Assembly: GCA_010015585.1 (NCBI GenBank)
Contig: ML975151.1
Source of the DNA: Eremomyces bilateralis CBS 781.70
Lineage: Eukaryota
Direction: 5' to 3' (one strand)
DNA length: 64,000 bases
Shown: in pieces, positions 12,826 to 26,482 of the stretch
Layout: each line of letters opens with the position of its first letter
Position numbering within the stretch: position 1 is the first letter of the stretch
Notes under the pieces: generated by a model
Told to the model about the DNA's origin: nothing
Database searches by the model: none
Seen by the model: only the letters and a program-made list of their open reading frames with translations
Position numbers and translations under genes: made by a program

Positions 12826-13221
12826 CTAATCCATCATAATTGCCACCATCATCCTCCGAAAAATCTCCTTATGAACACCCTCTAGCTCCTTCACCGGGAT
12901 ATCCTCAAACGAGCGCCCCTGGCACCCCGACGGCGGATGGTCGGGCTCGTGGACGTAGTTCGCGAACCGCTCGACCTTCGCGGCGAGGAGCGCGGGCGTG
13001 TCGGCCGGGCTGATCACCCAGGACATGTAGAATTGGAGAGCCGCGACGGAGGGTTTTTGGTGGCCCCAGGGCGATGTAGGGGAGACTGCGGGCTTGGAGG
13101 AGCGTTTGGAGGGCTTGTTGCACCGGGGGAAGGGTTTGGTGTGCTTGATCCTGGTGGTTCGGATGAAGAACTTCGAGATTCGGTGGGTCGGGGAGGAAAG
13201 CTTGGAGACTGCGTGAGCCAT
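12826..13221 (-). CDS. Hypothetical protein (about 131 aa, basic N-terminus)
   Basis: ATG 13221 in ACTATGG context; intronless ORF carrying the same C-to-G skew module as neighbouring real genes; no recognisable domain. Confidence 0.5.
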   Translation of the reverse strand: MAHAVSKLSSPTHRISKFFIRTTRIKHTKPFPRCNKPSKRSSKPAVSPTSPWGHQKPSVAALQFYMSWVISPADTPALLAAKVERFANYVHEPDHPPSGCQGRSFEDIPVKELEGVHKEIFRRMMVAIMMD

Positions 13222-13993
13222 AGTGATGGTGGGAAGGTATGGTATGGTATGTACGATGGTTTGGTGATGAGTCAAGGAGCTATGTTCTCGCTGTGAAGTG
13301 CTGATTTGAATATAGGACGAGTTGAGTGCTGCTTGCGAGTGTAGTTTCTATACGAAGATGATGAAGGCCAAGAGAAGAGAAGGCTCGATGGAGAGGAAGA
13401 GAAGGCATTCAAAAGAGCGAAGGCTGTCCAGCTAGGCAAGTGAATTCAGGTCCGAACAGTCTTCGGTAATTCATCGCGAATACCTTCTCGCTCGGATTGG
13501 ATTATTGAAGTGATTTAGTTAGAGAAGTGATGTGAAGAACAGTTCAACTGTTTCTTAACACCCAACGTGTATACCGGTTTGTAAGTGTCGGATCCTATAG
13601 GATGCAATAGCAAGCCAGATCAAGCTGTAACAATCCTTCCGTCTATTTTCACTGGATAAGTTCTTAATAGGCACTGATGGATCGCATCTTGAAACTCTGC
13701 TTCTCAGGATTCAATTGAAACAGGTAAGGTAGGTTCAGTACTGCACGCGCGACATACGAGACTGTCCATGCTCGATTCCAATAATACAACAACAGAAGAG
13801 AATTCGTCCATGTCAGGTCGCCGAATCCCGAAAACCTCGTCGTAGAAACCTGACCACTAATATCATTAGATCGTGCACTGTATGTGTTCGAGGAAACACG
13901 CGCAGGCGATCTTCCCCGGCCGCCCAATCCAAGTAACGCCCGTCGCACTTTCATCCAATGTCCAACGCGCCATTCCAAGCCTCGAATCCCAAC

Positions 13994-16900
13994 TCAAAAC
14001 ACCCTCCGATCCTTACTCCCCAACGGTCCCATGCTCCCCCGCTTTAGACCCCGCTCCGTCACCCCCTCCCGTGAAATCATCGGCAATGCGGTCACCGTAT
14101 CTCCGCCCCGTTGACTCAAATTCTCCCGCTCCCGTTTCGCATCGAGATACATCTTCGCGGGCCCGGAGAGCGGGAACGGCGGCGGAGTGGTCGGCAAGCT
14201 CGCGCCGTTGAGGAGGAGTAGTTCCGCGAGAGGGAACGCCTTGCGCGGGCCGGTGGAAGGTGGCGGGGGTGTGGAGGAGGGGGAGGAGGTGTCGGCCGGG
14301 GAGGCGGGGTCGGCGGCGGCGAGGGCGAGGTAGACGACGTGGGTGTTGCGGCTGCGGTCGGTGGCGTTGGGGTTGGCGCGGACGGCGAGGGCGTAGAGGA
14401 CGTGATTGATATCGTTTTGCTTGACACTGGCGAGGAGGGTGTCGTCGGGGGTGGGGAAATGGGAGAGGGTGCGGGAGATGGGGGTGACGAGGGCGCGGTC
14501 AACGTATTTGGCGGTGATGTATTTGAGGCGCTGTTCGCGGGTCGAGGTCGGGAGGGGCTTGGGGATCGTGTCGACGGGGCGGGATTCCCAGATCATGTTG
14601 CTGACGCGGTTGCCGATGGTGAGGATCAGCTCGACGACGTCGGGGGTGAAGGAGGAGGGGTCGAGGGTGACGGAGCGGATCTTGGTGATGTGCGTGCCGA
14701 GGGAGCGGTGGATACCGCTGCACTCGATGCAGATGATGATACCGAGATTGATGCTGGCCCATTCGACGCGAGTCTCCGTGCCGCAGTCCGCGCAGAACTT
14801 GTTGCCTGCGTCCGTCTCGCGGATCTGGTTCAGGAGCTTCACGGCGTTGGCATCGGCGGCGGCGGGATCGGTGGGTCGGCTGGAGGAGGGGCGGTCGTTG
14901 ACCGTCGCATGTCGGCTGACCATCTTGTTGGAGGAGGAGTGAGAGATTCGGTGGCCAGAAATGGAGGGACTCTTTCCGGTCAGCACCGAGGCGATATCGC
15001 GTCGCGTGGAGTTTGGCAAGGAGTCGGTCGAGGGGCTTTCGGATGGGGCTCGTCGTTCAAAGGCGGTCTGTAGAGCGTTGTTGATGGCGGAAATCCAGTT
15101 CTTCATGTCTTCTTCCGACGTGGCTTGGTAGACGCGGGTGAAGCTGGGCGTGATGACCTCGAAGCAGAATCGGCGTTCCGCATTGCGTGCCTCTCGGACG
15201 GATGCGACTCGCAAGTCAATCGGGTCCATATGAAGGTCGAGCTTCTGCTTCCAATTCGTGTATTCGGTAAGCTTGCCTTGATCGAGTACGATCCAGAATC
15301 TGCGACGTTAGCATTCCATCCGCTTGCAAGTCATTTGAGAACATACTTATGCCACGCCTGCTTATTGAGGCCTTTCGGGTCCACATGACTACCCGGTCGA
15401 CTCAACGCCCACAGCAAACCCTCTTTCTTGTGCAGAGTTGCACTTCCCTCTCCATCCCTCGGTTGCGTGTAATCTTTCTCTTCCAGATCCCGGTAGCCCT
15501 TAAACTTATCGTTTGGAGATGCGGAAAGGGCGGCGGCCTTGTTCGTTTGCGGACCATCCATCTGGCCATTGGAGGCGATGGCTAAGGCCGCCGTCATCTG
15601 GCTGGTCGACGCACTACGCGTAGTTTTCGCCACGGTGGCCTCACTGCGCAATGTCGCCTCCGAGTCGCTGGCGATCGCAGACCGGCCATTGGGTGCACTA
15701 GTCTGAGTTGAACTGGCGGGGGCTGTGGTCGGATATTCCGGCTCCCTATATGCGGTGGAGCTCTTCTCCAACGCGCGTCGCTTCTCCTCTCGTTCCGTCC
15801 TCTGGAGCTGATACTCTTTGGCGGCCTCTTGGACCTCATGCGTGAGCGCGTCCAACTGGGGGAGCATCGCCTCGATCTTCTTCGCCGCCGCGAGATAGCC
15901 CCGTGTTTGCGCGACGGCATATCGGGTCAGTTGCGAAAGGACCTCCTGATCTTTGCGGCCGCCGTGAAGGTCTTGCATGAACGAAGAATAGTCGAAACGT
16001 TTGAGCTCGAAATTCCGTCGCTTGGATTGATATTTCGAATCGGTCTCCACGCGCTTCTTCTCTTTCAAAGAATCCGATCGTTGACCAAGGTATCGTCCAA
16101 CGTATGAATAGTATTCTCGACTTTCGTCATCGAAGTCTTTCTTCTTGGAGTCGGCCTGCTTGATATCGACATTGTACAGCTTGTTGATGGGATCAATGAT
16201 CATCTTTTGCAGATTGACCGTGTTCTGCTTCTCGTACGCCAAAATCTCGCGCGCGATCTTGTCGAAATAGTGTTCGATAGCCGGCTGAACCGCGTTCGCG
16301 TTCGAGGACGAGACATCTTTCAGGGCTTCTATCAGCGCAGCGATTGCCTCGTTGCACGACCCCTGTGCTTCGTGGGAAGCCTCTGCTCGCTTGAGGACCT
16401 TCTTCCACCGCGTCCGCATGGACCCTGTCCTTTGCTCCATCGCCTTCATGGTCGCGCGGAAGAGCGGACCGTCCTCTACAGCGCTTACATCTCCTCCGGG
16501 TCGCTGACATGCCACGTCGACTTTGACCGCATTAGGGCCACCGACAGTCGAGGTGGTCGAGACGGGGAGAATACCTAGGCCATCTTCGGGGATCGCTTCG
16601 ATGGTTGGAGAGAGTGGTGGAAGTTGTTCCTTGGTTTCGCCGGGATCCGAGTCGCTCAAGCGAGATTCCACGGATTGCGCGGAAGGTACCCGCAATCGAG
16701 GTGGCACACCGATATCTAAACGGGGTGACAGTATCTTTGGACTGCCAAGCGGGCGTTGATCTGCTGCCGTTAATAATTGACGCTGCTTTAGTAGCCGAAT
16801 ATACGTACTCTGCACCCAAAACGTGAAAGTTGCCAACGAATCCAATCTGTGCGCGCGCTGGTTGTATTCCACGAACTATTAGACGTTAGTATCATCCTAA

Positions 16901-17613
16901 ATCAGCCAATCGCTCGCCTTACGCTGCAGCAAGTACGCCATCCTCCTCCCTTCTCCTCCACTGGTTTCGGCGGTCTCCACTTCCATGACCATGTAAATTG
17001 TACCGACGAGCTGTTGCTGGTCGAGTAATCTCCGATCAACTGCACGTTCGAATTCTTGTGCAGGTTTGGATCGGCATGGAATTCTCGGGTCACTAGGTTG
17101 TCCAGCTCTTTCAAACTCGACCCAAATATATAGGTCAAACCATTGATATTAGTGTCAGTTGGGGCGGTCGGATTCTCGCCGTCTGCGCTCCCCGGGGATT
17201 GCTCTTGTCGCACGATGAAGGTGAAGTTGATATTGATTTCATCGTCGTTCGAAAGTCGGAGGAGGAATGTGGGAAGAGCAGCGGGAGTAGCTTCAGGGTC
17301 CTAACAGCGCCCTCATTAGCCGGGGACTTCTGATCCAAAGCCAGCTTTGCGTACCTGTACATAGTCTATTACAGCATCGTCCCCCAAGTCGCGCTTGGCG
17401 CTGAACCTCGTCGCAGGATATGCATTCGGAGTAATGTTAAGAATAGTACGGCCCCGGGAATTCGTAATGGATACGTTCGAGATCGAAACTGTCGGGCCCC
17501 CAAAGGTTAGATACTAATATTGCGGAGGGACAGACAAGGGAAACCATACAGCGTGACTGATCGCGCAAGACAAGTTGACCTTCGTCACCCGCCTTGCTTG
17601 AAACGTTGCCCAT
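13994..17613 (-). CDS. ArfGAP with BAR and PH domains (ACAP/centaurin-beta-like)
   Basis: ATG 17613 MGNVSSKAGDEG..LRDQSR; four introns join ORFs 16902..17213, 15331..16872, 13994..15229; BAR start EDGPLFRATMKAMEQRT; PH KKEGLLWALSRP..WHKFWIVLD..ERRFCFEVITP; ArfGAP zinc finger CADCG..WASINLGIIICIECSGIHRSLGTHITKIRS; ankyrin-like tail. Confidence 0.93.
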
Positions 17614-18614
17614 CGCGGCTACACTGTGCGGAAGCGTGGATGCTCAACCGACCCTGTCCAGGAGAAGGTATGTATAATAAAGGAATGGATACAAAAGCGC
17701 GGTCGGCGACGGTCACGGCATGGAGCTCGTAATGCTGGGTGTCAAGTTGGTCAAATTTGCAGGTAGGACCGCGACATATGGCGCGAAATCGAAGCGTAAT
17801 ATCGGCGAGAGATGGTCGCGGGGTTGGCGTATATTGCGATGCACGTCCGCCACGGCCGGGGGTTTGGTTGGATCCGGGCAAAGAGATGGTTGTCGTGTAT
17901 GATACTCGGAAGATGGATGGCGGAGCTGCTCAGAGTTCCAGGGAATCGGGGGTGAGAGGAGAGAAAGGCGGATATCAATGCGGAGGATGGACAAAGGCCA
18001 TTCAGTTCGATCCGATAGATGTGGACAATGGAGATGGGCACTCTGTTCAAGCGGCGGGGCGGGCGAGAGGTGCCGCTGACGCCACAGGGAAATTACTCCA
18101 AGCAATTCCACATCAGTGCTGATTATCCAGCTGCATATAGTGCATTCTGCTGGATTCCTGCCGCGGAGGAATGATTGCTACCGGAAGTTGCTTACACGAG
18201 GTTGTATCCCTTTTAGTATGACCCTATTCAGTGTTCTCACATCTCCTATTGTTCTGATCCCGCCTGCTGTCCCTTCGCCTTTTTCAGTAGCACCCCTTAC
18301 GTCTATCAGGATTCAGGGCTGAGGCACACCTGCCCAGTTACACTAACTAATTAAGCGTTACCCGTTAATCCTGACTGTTGTTACTGCTGCCTGCCCTTGG
18401 TCTTAGGCAGCGGGCAACGGCACGTGTGACCAAAATTCCCACCAAAATCGTCATCTCCTCATCTTTTCCTGCTCTCGGAGGTTTAGTGTTAGAGGATTGG
18501 CTGGGACCACGTGATTATTGATATCTGAGGCCATAAGGCAACAGTACTATCTTGCTGACTAATCTCACAATATCATGAATTCATGATTCAGGGCACTAAT
18601 CGGCGCTAACAACT

Positions 18615-20492
18615 GTGGGGGCGGCCGGGCGGGTTGGCAATATCAACACGCCAAAACCGCTCCATTGGTCTGACCACAAGTCACCTGCCGAAGACACCAA
18701 GCAAACCAGCGTAGGTGTTCCTGATGTTACACACGATATCGCCTTGTCAAACCGTGATGTCGCTACGGCTGAACTCCCGCCTGGAGGCGACGATGGGATC
18801 GAGGTCGGGACCCCACCTCCTCTGTATCCTCAACTCTCCAAAGCGCGAAGTATCCTTCTCGTAAGCGCGATATCCAGCGCCGCCTTCCTCCCTGTACGTA
18901 TCTCGGTCTTGCAACCCGTTCCAAGTATCAACCACCCCCTCGCCACCGAACTCGTAATTCATGGCCAACCCTAGATCTTCAACATGTCTTCCGTCGTAAT
19001 CATCCTGCCTACCATCGGCGCCGACCTCGCCATCCCGCCGAGCGCCCAACAGATCGTCGTCTCCATCTACAACATCTCGGTAGGGTGCGTCATGCTCCCG
19101 TGGGGCCGTATCGCCGACGTCTACGGCCACCATCCGGTGTTTCTGACTGGGTCAACGCTGTTCACGCTGTCGACGCTCTGCCTCCCCTTCGCGACGGGGG
19201 AGATCGCGTTTTATGTCCTGCGTGCGCTGCAGGGGGTGAGCGGTGCGGCAATGATTCCCTCGGGGTTGGGGACCATCGCGACGACGTTTGCGCCTGGAGC
19301 GGCGCGGAATCGGGGGTTCGTCGCGGTGGCAGCGGTGGCGTCGTTGGGATCCATCTTGGGGAACCTGGCGGGCGGGCTAGTAGGGGGCTATTTGTCCTGG
19401 AAATGGGTCTTCTGGATTTCGACGATTGTAGGAGCGTTCACGACCGTGGGTGCTGCCATGGTGATGTCGGCACCTCAAATCCGGAAACGAAAGGCCAATT
19501 CTGAAAGCATTGGTTTCAGACGCAAGGCGCTCGATGTCGACTGGCTCGGTGCGGCCATCATTTCGACCAGTTTGCTTCTACTCCTTTTGGCTTTGAGCCA
19601 GGGAAATGTCATCGGTTGGTCGACGGCTTGGATTCCTCCGTTGATTGTACTCGCTGTCATTCTGCTTATTGTCTTTTTCTTCTGGCAGCGCCGTTCAGAG
19701 CGAGGTTCGAGCCGGCCACCTCTTTTACGGGTGTCCATGTTTAAGAATGTCCGGTTCTCCGCTCTGTTCATAATGGTCGGGTGTTTTTCGCGTCGTACAA
19801 CGGCTTCCTGATCTTTGCAACGTACTTGTAGGCGCCACTTTTCGACTATCGAGTCACGCTCCCTTCCAGCAACGGTGGAGTACAGAGGCTAAATCCCCCA
19901 ACTCTAGTTATCAGAGCTATCTCGGATTGAGCGAGCTGCAAACAACTTTGCGCTTTCTCGCTGCCGGTATCTCAGGCGGTAAGATAATTCTTCAATCCCC
20001 CCACCCTTCCACCCCCGCTTCTAACCTCACAGTCCTCATCTCCCTCCTCCTCTCCCCCGCCCTCTCCCGCCTCCCATCCTCCCACCTCCTCCTCACCGCC
20101 CTAACCTGCAGCCTCCTTCCCCCGTTCCTCTTCGTCCTCCCCCCATCCCCCCCACCACCACCTACTGGGCCCACGGCTTCCCCGCCATGCTCCTCTGCTT
20201 CACCGTCGAGGTCATCTGGCCCGTCGCCAGCCTCGTCATCGCCAGGGAACTTCCGCACGATGATCAGGCGCTTGGGAGCGCGCTGCTGATGACGTCGAAC
20301 TTCGTCGGGCGCGCGCTGGAGTTGGCGGTCGCGACAGCGGCGCAGACGGGGGTGCAGAGAGGGGGGGTGGGGAAAGTTGGGGACGGTGGCCTGCTGGGTG
20401 GCCTGCGTGGGGGGCAGTGGGTTAATGTTGGGCTGGCGGTTGCGGCGTTAGGGATTGCGTTGGGGTTTTTTCGGGGGCTAGGACGGCAGTGA
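18615..20492 (+). pseudogene. MFS drug:H+ antiporter (DHA2/Atr1-like), apparently disrupted
   Basis: Motifs GRIADVYGHHPVF, LRALQGVSGA, LSWKWVFWI, DVDWLGA; introns 18894-18974, about 19828-19907, 19979-20032. Frame breaks at T-run 19784-19788 (needs GCFFASYNGFLIFATYF) and C-run 20139-20144 (needs LPPIPPTTTYWAHGFPAM); no in-frame ATG between stop 18597 and first intron. Confidence 0.75.
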
Positions 20493-21083
20493 GGGGGTTA
20501 GTTATGGGATGGGAGAATGTGGTGGGCGGGAAAAAGGGGTATTTCTTGGTTGTTTATCATATTTCCTACTACAAGTAGATAAAGGTTTTATTTCTGGCTG
20601 GTTTACCAGAATCAAGGTCTTCAGTTCGAACTCATCAACCGATCATGACCAATTGTAAAACTGTGACAACGGACACTCATCCCGCGTCTGATATAAGTCT
20701 GGATGCCCGGAGTTTGAGGGATGATCAGGGGGTCAGCCAGTCTGTGCTGGTGCTGGTGTGAGTGGGTTGGTGAGGCAACGAGGCTGTAAGACATCTATGA
20801 GCTTTGACATAATTAATACACATCAGGTAAATAAATAACTACCTGCACGTGACCAATTTAATACCTCAGGCAACAAGGCCAACAAAATTTTCTATCCGGA
20901 ACAACCTTTTCCCCTTCGCTCGGCTGGCCTCGCGTTGTCCACCAATCACAACCCCACCCTCGCCTGCGCACCAGTCCCTCCCGCAAATTCCTCAACGTCC
21001 ATCCACCACCTCCATTCCAACCCTTCAACTAACCCGCAGCACCTCAACATCTCCCTCCATTTCCTGCACACGGTTCCTTCATC

Positions 21084-21604
21084 ATGCCGAAGGACGTTCA
21101 GCAGAAGAGCGGCCTCGCCGTTGGCCTCAACTCCGGCCATGTACGTGTTCTCTGATTCCCGAGAAGATCCCAATGCCCGCCCGCCGCAGTCGAGGTTCTT
21201 GGAATGCAACAAATGCTGATGGATTGTGCTGCGTTATAGAAAGTCACTCCCCGTACACCGAAGCCGCGTGTATCGCGTATGAAAGGTCACCTCTCGAAGC
21301 GCACCGCCTTCGTCCGCGAGATCGTCCGAGAAGTTGCTGGGTACGTCTCTCCACCGTTCTCATCGAACCAAACCCAATCCACCCGCGGCACGAATTGGAA
21401 CAGGCCGATGGAACACCGAATGCTAACCCTGATCTGAACAGCCTCGCCCCCTACGAGCGACGAGTCATCGAACTCCTCCGCAACAGCAAGGACAAGCGCG
21501 CCCGCAAGCTGGCCAAGAAGAGACTCGGCACCTACGGCCGCGCGAAGAGGAAGGTCGACGAGATGACCAAGATCATCACCGAGTCGAGACGCGCGGGCCA
21601 CTAA
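21084..21604 (+). CDS. RPL36: 60S ribosomal protein L36
   Basis: Exons 21084-21140, 21240-21340, 21442-21604 (106 aa): [61 protein letters not shown]. Confidence 0.98.
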
Positions 21605-22029
21605 ATGTCAAATCTCACGATTCGGGCGTTTTTTCGGGGATGGATCAATTCTGCAACCACTTTGTTCGGGCCTGGGGGAACGGACACCATTTTCCACGGT
21701 TCCCAAAAAGTCACGGGCGAGGGAGATGATTAGATCACCAACGAGAGAAATTCAATGGGCGGAAACGTAACGACGCTCGTGGTGCCGGAGCTGTTCCGCA
21801 CCCTTCCATGCATTTTATTTTTCTCGTTCAAGGCACTTTGCATCGAATAGCGGAATGGAATGGAATGGAACAAAATCTTCTATAAAGTCAATATTGAGAC
21901 CCCTTCTATTCTCACGTCGGGTGTGAATCTGCTCGTCATTTGGTCGAGAACCGTTATATGAACCGGGAGTATCCGTACACCGTTGCCAATGCTTTCAAAC
22001 CCAGCTTGATTTTTTATATCGGTCCCACA

Positions 22030-23616
22030 TCACCGCTTCTTCCCAAACAACATCTTCTTCATCTTATCCTCAAACGACCCAGTGGACGGTTTCTTCCCCT
22101 CTCCTCTCCCCCTCCCCTCCGCCACCGCATTCCCCGTCCCCTCCTCCTCCACCTCCGGCACCTCCGGCGCCTTCAACTCCCCCGCCCTCCTTCTCCACTC
22201 CTCCTTCAACACCCTCCGCCCCCTCCCCTCTCCCTCCCACTCCATAAACATCTTCGTCGCCCCCCGCAACCCTAACCCCGTCACTAGCCCCTTGCCCCGC
22301 GGCAACTCGACTAGCCGCCCATCGTCCCCGCGATACTTCACCACGAACCCGGGACCGCCTCCTCCCTTCCCTTCCTCTGCTTTTGTTGAAGTCGTCGCGA
22401 TCATCCCTCCTAACCACGCGTACACATCCGCCCCCGTCTCCCCCCGCTTAAACTCCCCCTCCACCCCCCACTCGTCGCTCAGTCCGATGCGCACGCGCAC
22501 ACGTTCAACGGACTCGAGAGCCGAAGCGCGGGCGGCGTCGCGTGCGGCGAGCTCGGCGTCGGAGGGAAGGCGGCGGTTTTGGGCGGCGGCGACGAGAGAG
22601 GCTTGGTGCGCTTTGGCGTGTTCGATGGTGGGGATGTAGTCGGAGGGGTTGAAGGTGGTGGAGGTGGTGGAGTGAGAGGGGGGGAGGAAGATGGTGGTGG
22701 GGCGTGTGATGGGGGACGAGGAGGGGAGGGGTTCAGAGGGGGGAGAGGGGGGAGAGGGGGAAGAGGGGTGTGTTTCGGAAGGGGCGGTGGTGGTAGGTTG
22801 TGGTGGGGTTGGTGTAGCTTGGGTAGGCTCCTCGGGTTTCGGTGCCGGAGGAGGGGCGTCTGCTTCTGAGTTTCCTGCACCGTCGACTGCTGCGACAGAG
22901 CGGGATGATTCACCCTCTTCCGTCACCGGTGGCCCTCTTTCAACTTCCCTGAAGTACTGCGAGATCTCCATCATCGCCTCTTCCAGCGGCATCCCGCTAT
23001 TCCGGAAACTCAGCCGTAGCAATGCGCTCCCACCGTTCAACCCCACCTGCGCCAACGTCTTCTGCAAGTCCGCTAGCGACCCCAGCTGCCGCCCCATGAT
23101 ATTCAGCTCTGGCATCTCATAGTACATCCGCCCCGCACCAGACGACGCACCGGTCTGCGTCTGCGAGACGGCGCGCTCGGTGAAGTTGAGTTTCCTGGAA
23201 GTCGACCCCTTGGCACCACTCTCGAACTGCCGGAGGATCTGCCAGAGCGTCGTGTTGCTGGGGAATTTGTCGGTGAGGCGGAGGTTGGTTTCGGAGGTGG
23301 GGAGTTGGAGGGCGATGGAAACGACGGAGGGGGAGCGGGAGCCTTGGACGAGTTCGAGTTGGGCACCGGAGGGGAGGCCGGAGAGGCGGAAGGTGACGGA
23401 GAGGTCGATGGGTTTCTTCTTGTGTCTAGGGTGGATTAGTCGGGTGAACCGAGCGGAGATGCTGGGGAGATCTGCTTACTTTAGGATGTATTGATCGGGT
23501 TTGTAGCCGAGACGCGTGCACGCTTCAGACAAGATGTCGCTGAGATATTTGCTCGGCGACGTCTTGATGGTCGCCCGCCTCAAGCGTGCGTCGATGACCA
23601 CGACGTGAGACGCCAT
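22030..23616 (-). CDS. TUG/ASPSCR1/Ubx4-like UBL-UBX protein (Cdc48 cofactor)
   Basis: ATG 23616 MASHVVVIDARLRRATIKTSPSKYLSDILSEAC; intron 23479-23426; IDLSVTFRLSGLPSGAQLEL (TUG-UBL1), DKFPSNTTLWQILRQFE, DYIPTIEHAKAHQ..NRRLPSDAEL, UBX-like VRVRI..EGEF. Confidence 0.88.
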
Positions 23617-24050
23617 AGCACCGCTGCGGTCTTGAGTCCCGTGTATACGAGGAAGCCAAGGGATAACGAGGCCTTCAGACGGATCTGTAAGCAGCCTGGG
23701 TGGTGGTGGAACCACAGGTCGATCAAGTCTCGGGTGGTGAGGGCACAAACCCAGGTGTAGCCGATGAGCGAGAGATAGATGTCTTCTGGAGGTGTGATGT
23801 TCAGGTGGCTTGCGGTCGGAGGCAATAGCGACATTATGGTTTAGAGGGGAGTCATCATTTTGTGCCGTCTGGCCAGTTTGAAGCTAAGATGCTAGAGGAT
23901 GTTGCTAGAGCCTTCTATCACTGCCTGGGGAACTTAAGGGCGTCGTAGAGCTTTGAGATCAGTCTGATCACTGATTTCGTCCGGTCGCGGGGTTAAGGCA
24001 GAAAGGCGTTAAGGCACATATGCACTTTAGGTTCAGTTTCTCCAGGCCGT

Positions 24051-24081
24051 CGGATGCCCGGATGCCCGGATGCTCCGATGC
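24051..24081. repeat. Short 8-bp tandem repeat (cggatgcc) x3-4
   Basis: cggatgcccggatgcccggatgctccgatgc. Confidence 0.8.
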
Positions 24082-24820
24082 CTTGGTGCCTGAATACCTA
24101 AATTTCCAGTCTGAGTCATGTTGAATCTCGGACAGTTGCTACACACTTCAACCCAGTACGCCCAGATACTACTTCTATAACAATGAGGTGAAGATTTTCA
24201 TGATAGTCTCGGGATCTAGACCTAGAACTACTGTCAAAATGCTTAGGATAAACCATTTACCTATTCATTAAAGTAAGGTACTTCAATCCGTAGCGTAATT
24301 TTCCCGTATGGCTAACTACGAGCTTAATGCGACGTCGTCTCCACCGTGCTATCACCACAAGACACAATCATCCATGGACCAATCTTCCATTGCTCGATAG
24401 TCACTTCCAATGCTGCGCCTCTGGCGGGGTGATGTTTGGCCCTTCCGCATATGAAATATCGTGTTAACTCCGAGCTTTCCGGTATGCCGATAGGCGATCA
24501 GTGTCAGCCCGGAGACGTCACGCGTCCGGCGAAGAGTTGGTAAGCTCCTGGATCTGCCTGGGTGACATCATCACGACACAGTGATGAGTGATCTGCACCC
24601 AGAACCGCCCGAGGAAATAGGTCCTTGATCGGATCCAAAGAATGATATTTGCTCGAATCCGCACTCCGTTGGGCCGTCTTTTTTAGTTGTACCTGAAGAA
24701 TCTTTATAGAGACGGTCTCTGTCTGCTTCGATCGTTGATGATTGACTCCGTAGTTCCTCCCTTTATCCATCTGTCCCTCCCTATATTTCAAGTCACCACC
24801 TTGACCTCTCTCTCGCCGCG

Positions 24821-25804
24821 ATGTGGGGGATATCGTATTGGTTCCTCCCGCTGTTCTCATCGCTAGTATGGCTCGCAATGCTCCTAGGATTGCTGCTGGT
24901 ATGGGTGAGAGATGGAAAACCGATCTATGAGACCATGGAACACGGCCAGAGAATCGCGTAGGTGCATCTCCTCGAGAATTCCCGACAGTTTCTAACCCGC
25001 TCGTATAGATATATCTCGGATGTGGGCGCCACCGACATCAAGCCGCTCTTCATCGCCATGGCCGCCGTCTCCGTCGTCTCCTTCGACATTGCGCTGATCG
25101 CGGAACGCTGGCTTCGCCATTCCGGCCGATTGAAGCGCAACACGTCCCTTTGGCAGAAGCTCTGGTCGAATCTGTGCATTCTGTTTGCGATTGTCGGAGC
25201 TGCGGGGATCATCCTGCTCTCAATCTTTGATACCTTTCATCACCACAGGCTGCACCAAATATTCCTTGGGCTGTTCATGTACGTTCACCTGATATGGCGA
25301 CATCTCTATACAGTGGACTAATATGTGCATAGTGCTGGATACGTCGTCTCAGCCATCTTCGCGTGCGTGGAGTATCAGCGCCTCGGCACCCACTACGCGC
25401 ATCTTTCGATTCTCCGCATCTCATTCTGGCTTAAGCTATTTTTCATCGTCACAGAAGTGGCGCTGGCCATCGGTAGGCTCCCAGCGCACCACCCACCCCC
25501 ACCCCTAGCCACCTAACGCACAACAGCATTCGGCGCCCTCCAAAGAGTAGACAACTGGAACGCCGCGGCCGTCCTCGAGTGGGTGATCGCCCTCATCTTC
25601 ACCTTCTACCTCCTGTCGTTCTTCGTCGACTTCATCCCCGCCATGCACACCAAGCATCACCAGTCGCGAGAGACGAGCATCGCGATGGCGGAGGCGGGGG
25701 AGGGGAGGAATGGACAGGCGAATGGATATGCCAAAGGGGACCAAGGCCGGTTCACGTACGGTAACAAGAAGTCTAAGGGTCGACGGTGGTTCGGCCGTCG
25801 CTGA
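24821..25804 (+). CDS. SFK1: Frag1/DRAM/Sfk1 family membrane protein
   Basis: MWGISYWFLPLFSSLVWLAMLLGLLLVW; introns about 24958-25008, 25278-25332, 25473-25526; YISDVGA..KPLFI, ERWLRHSGRL, LLSIFDT..H..LH, LRISFWLK, AAVLEWVIALIFTFYLLSFFVD. Confidence 0.9.
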
Positions 25805-26482
25805 GGTGCAGGGACAGATGCTAGATCAGGAGATTATGGAATGTGGGAATCTTCTGGGGTCGGCCTTTGATTGTGCATTGGGCGCTACGCTAGCTAGGAG
25901 CATAGGATTAGATTCGGTGCATTGGATCTTGAGGATCCGGATTGGGGGTATTGGTTGCATTGGCGACTGGCGTCAATCGGTCGGGCCTCGGGCGGATGGT
26001 TTTGTTATTCATATGCAAGACGATAGAATATATCAGCTGTAGATATGTAAGATATAAGAGAGGAGCATGGGCCAAGATATAATCAAATCCAAATACCTCT
26101 TGGACTGAAAGCACTGGAGCTTGACTGATCTTATCTCAGGCTATTCTCAGCCACAGATCAAGCCACGTGACCTCGACATTGACGTCACGCTACTAGTGAC
26201 AATTGACACCAAGGGAAGCTCTCCCTCTCAGACTCAGCGTTCAACATGTTGATATTACATAGTAGGGCATGAGGGTATGATAATATGAACCTAGTCTTCT
26301 CCATAGATGTCCCCGGTACTACCATAACAACTAGCCTATAACATACCAGTTTCTAAAGTATTCTACCTAAGCACCCATCCATCCTAGTTCGAAGCTGTAC
26401 ATCTCCATCAGAAGATAGTTCCTCCAAGACGGACAGTCTACTTCAGCCCCTTGCTCCAGTAATAGACCCCCAGGAACCCATC

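Noticed and set aside
20849..21604. 251-aa ORF covering RPL36
   Set aside because: Artefact of reading through 5' UTR and introns; the spliced 106-aa model is the canonical protein.
24581..24696. GTGATGA...CTGA pair upstream of SFK1
   Set aside because: No terminal stem or antisense guide; likely chance.
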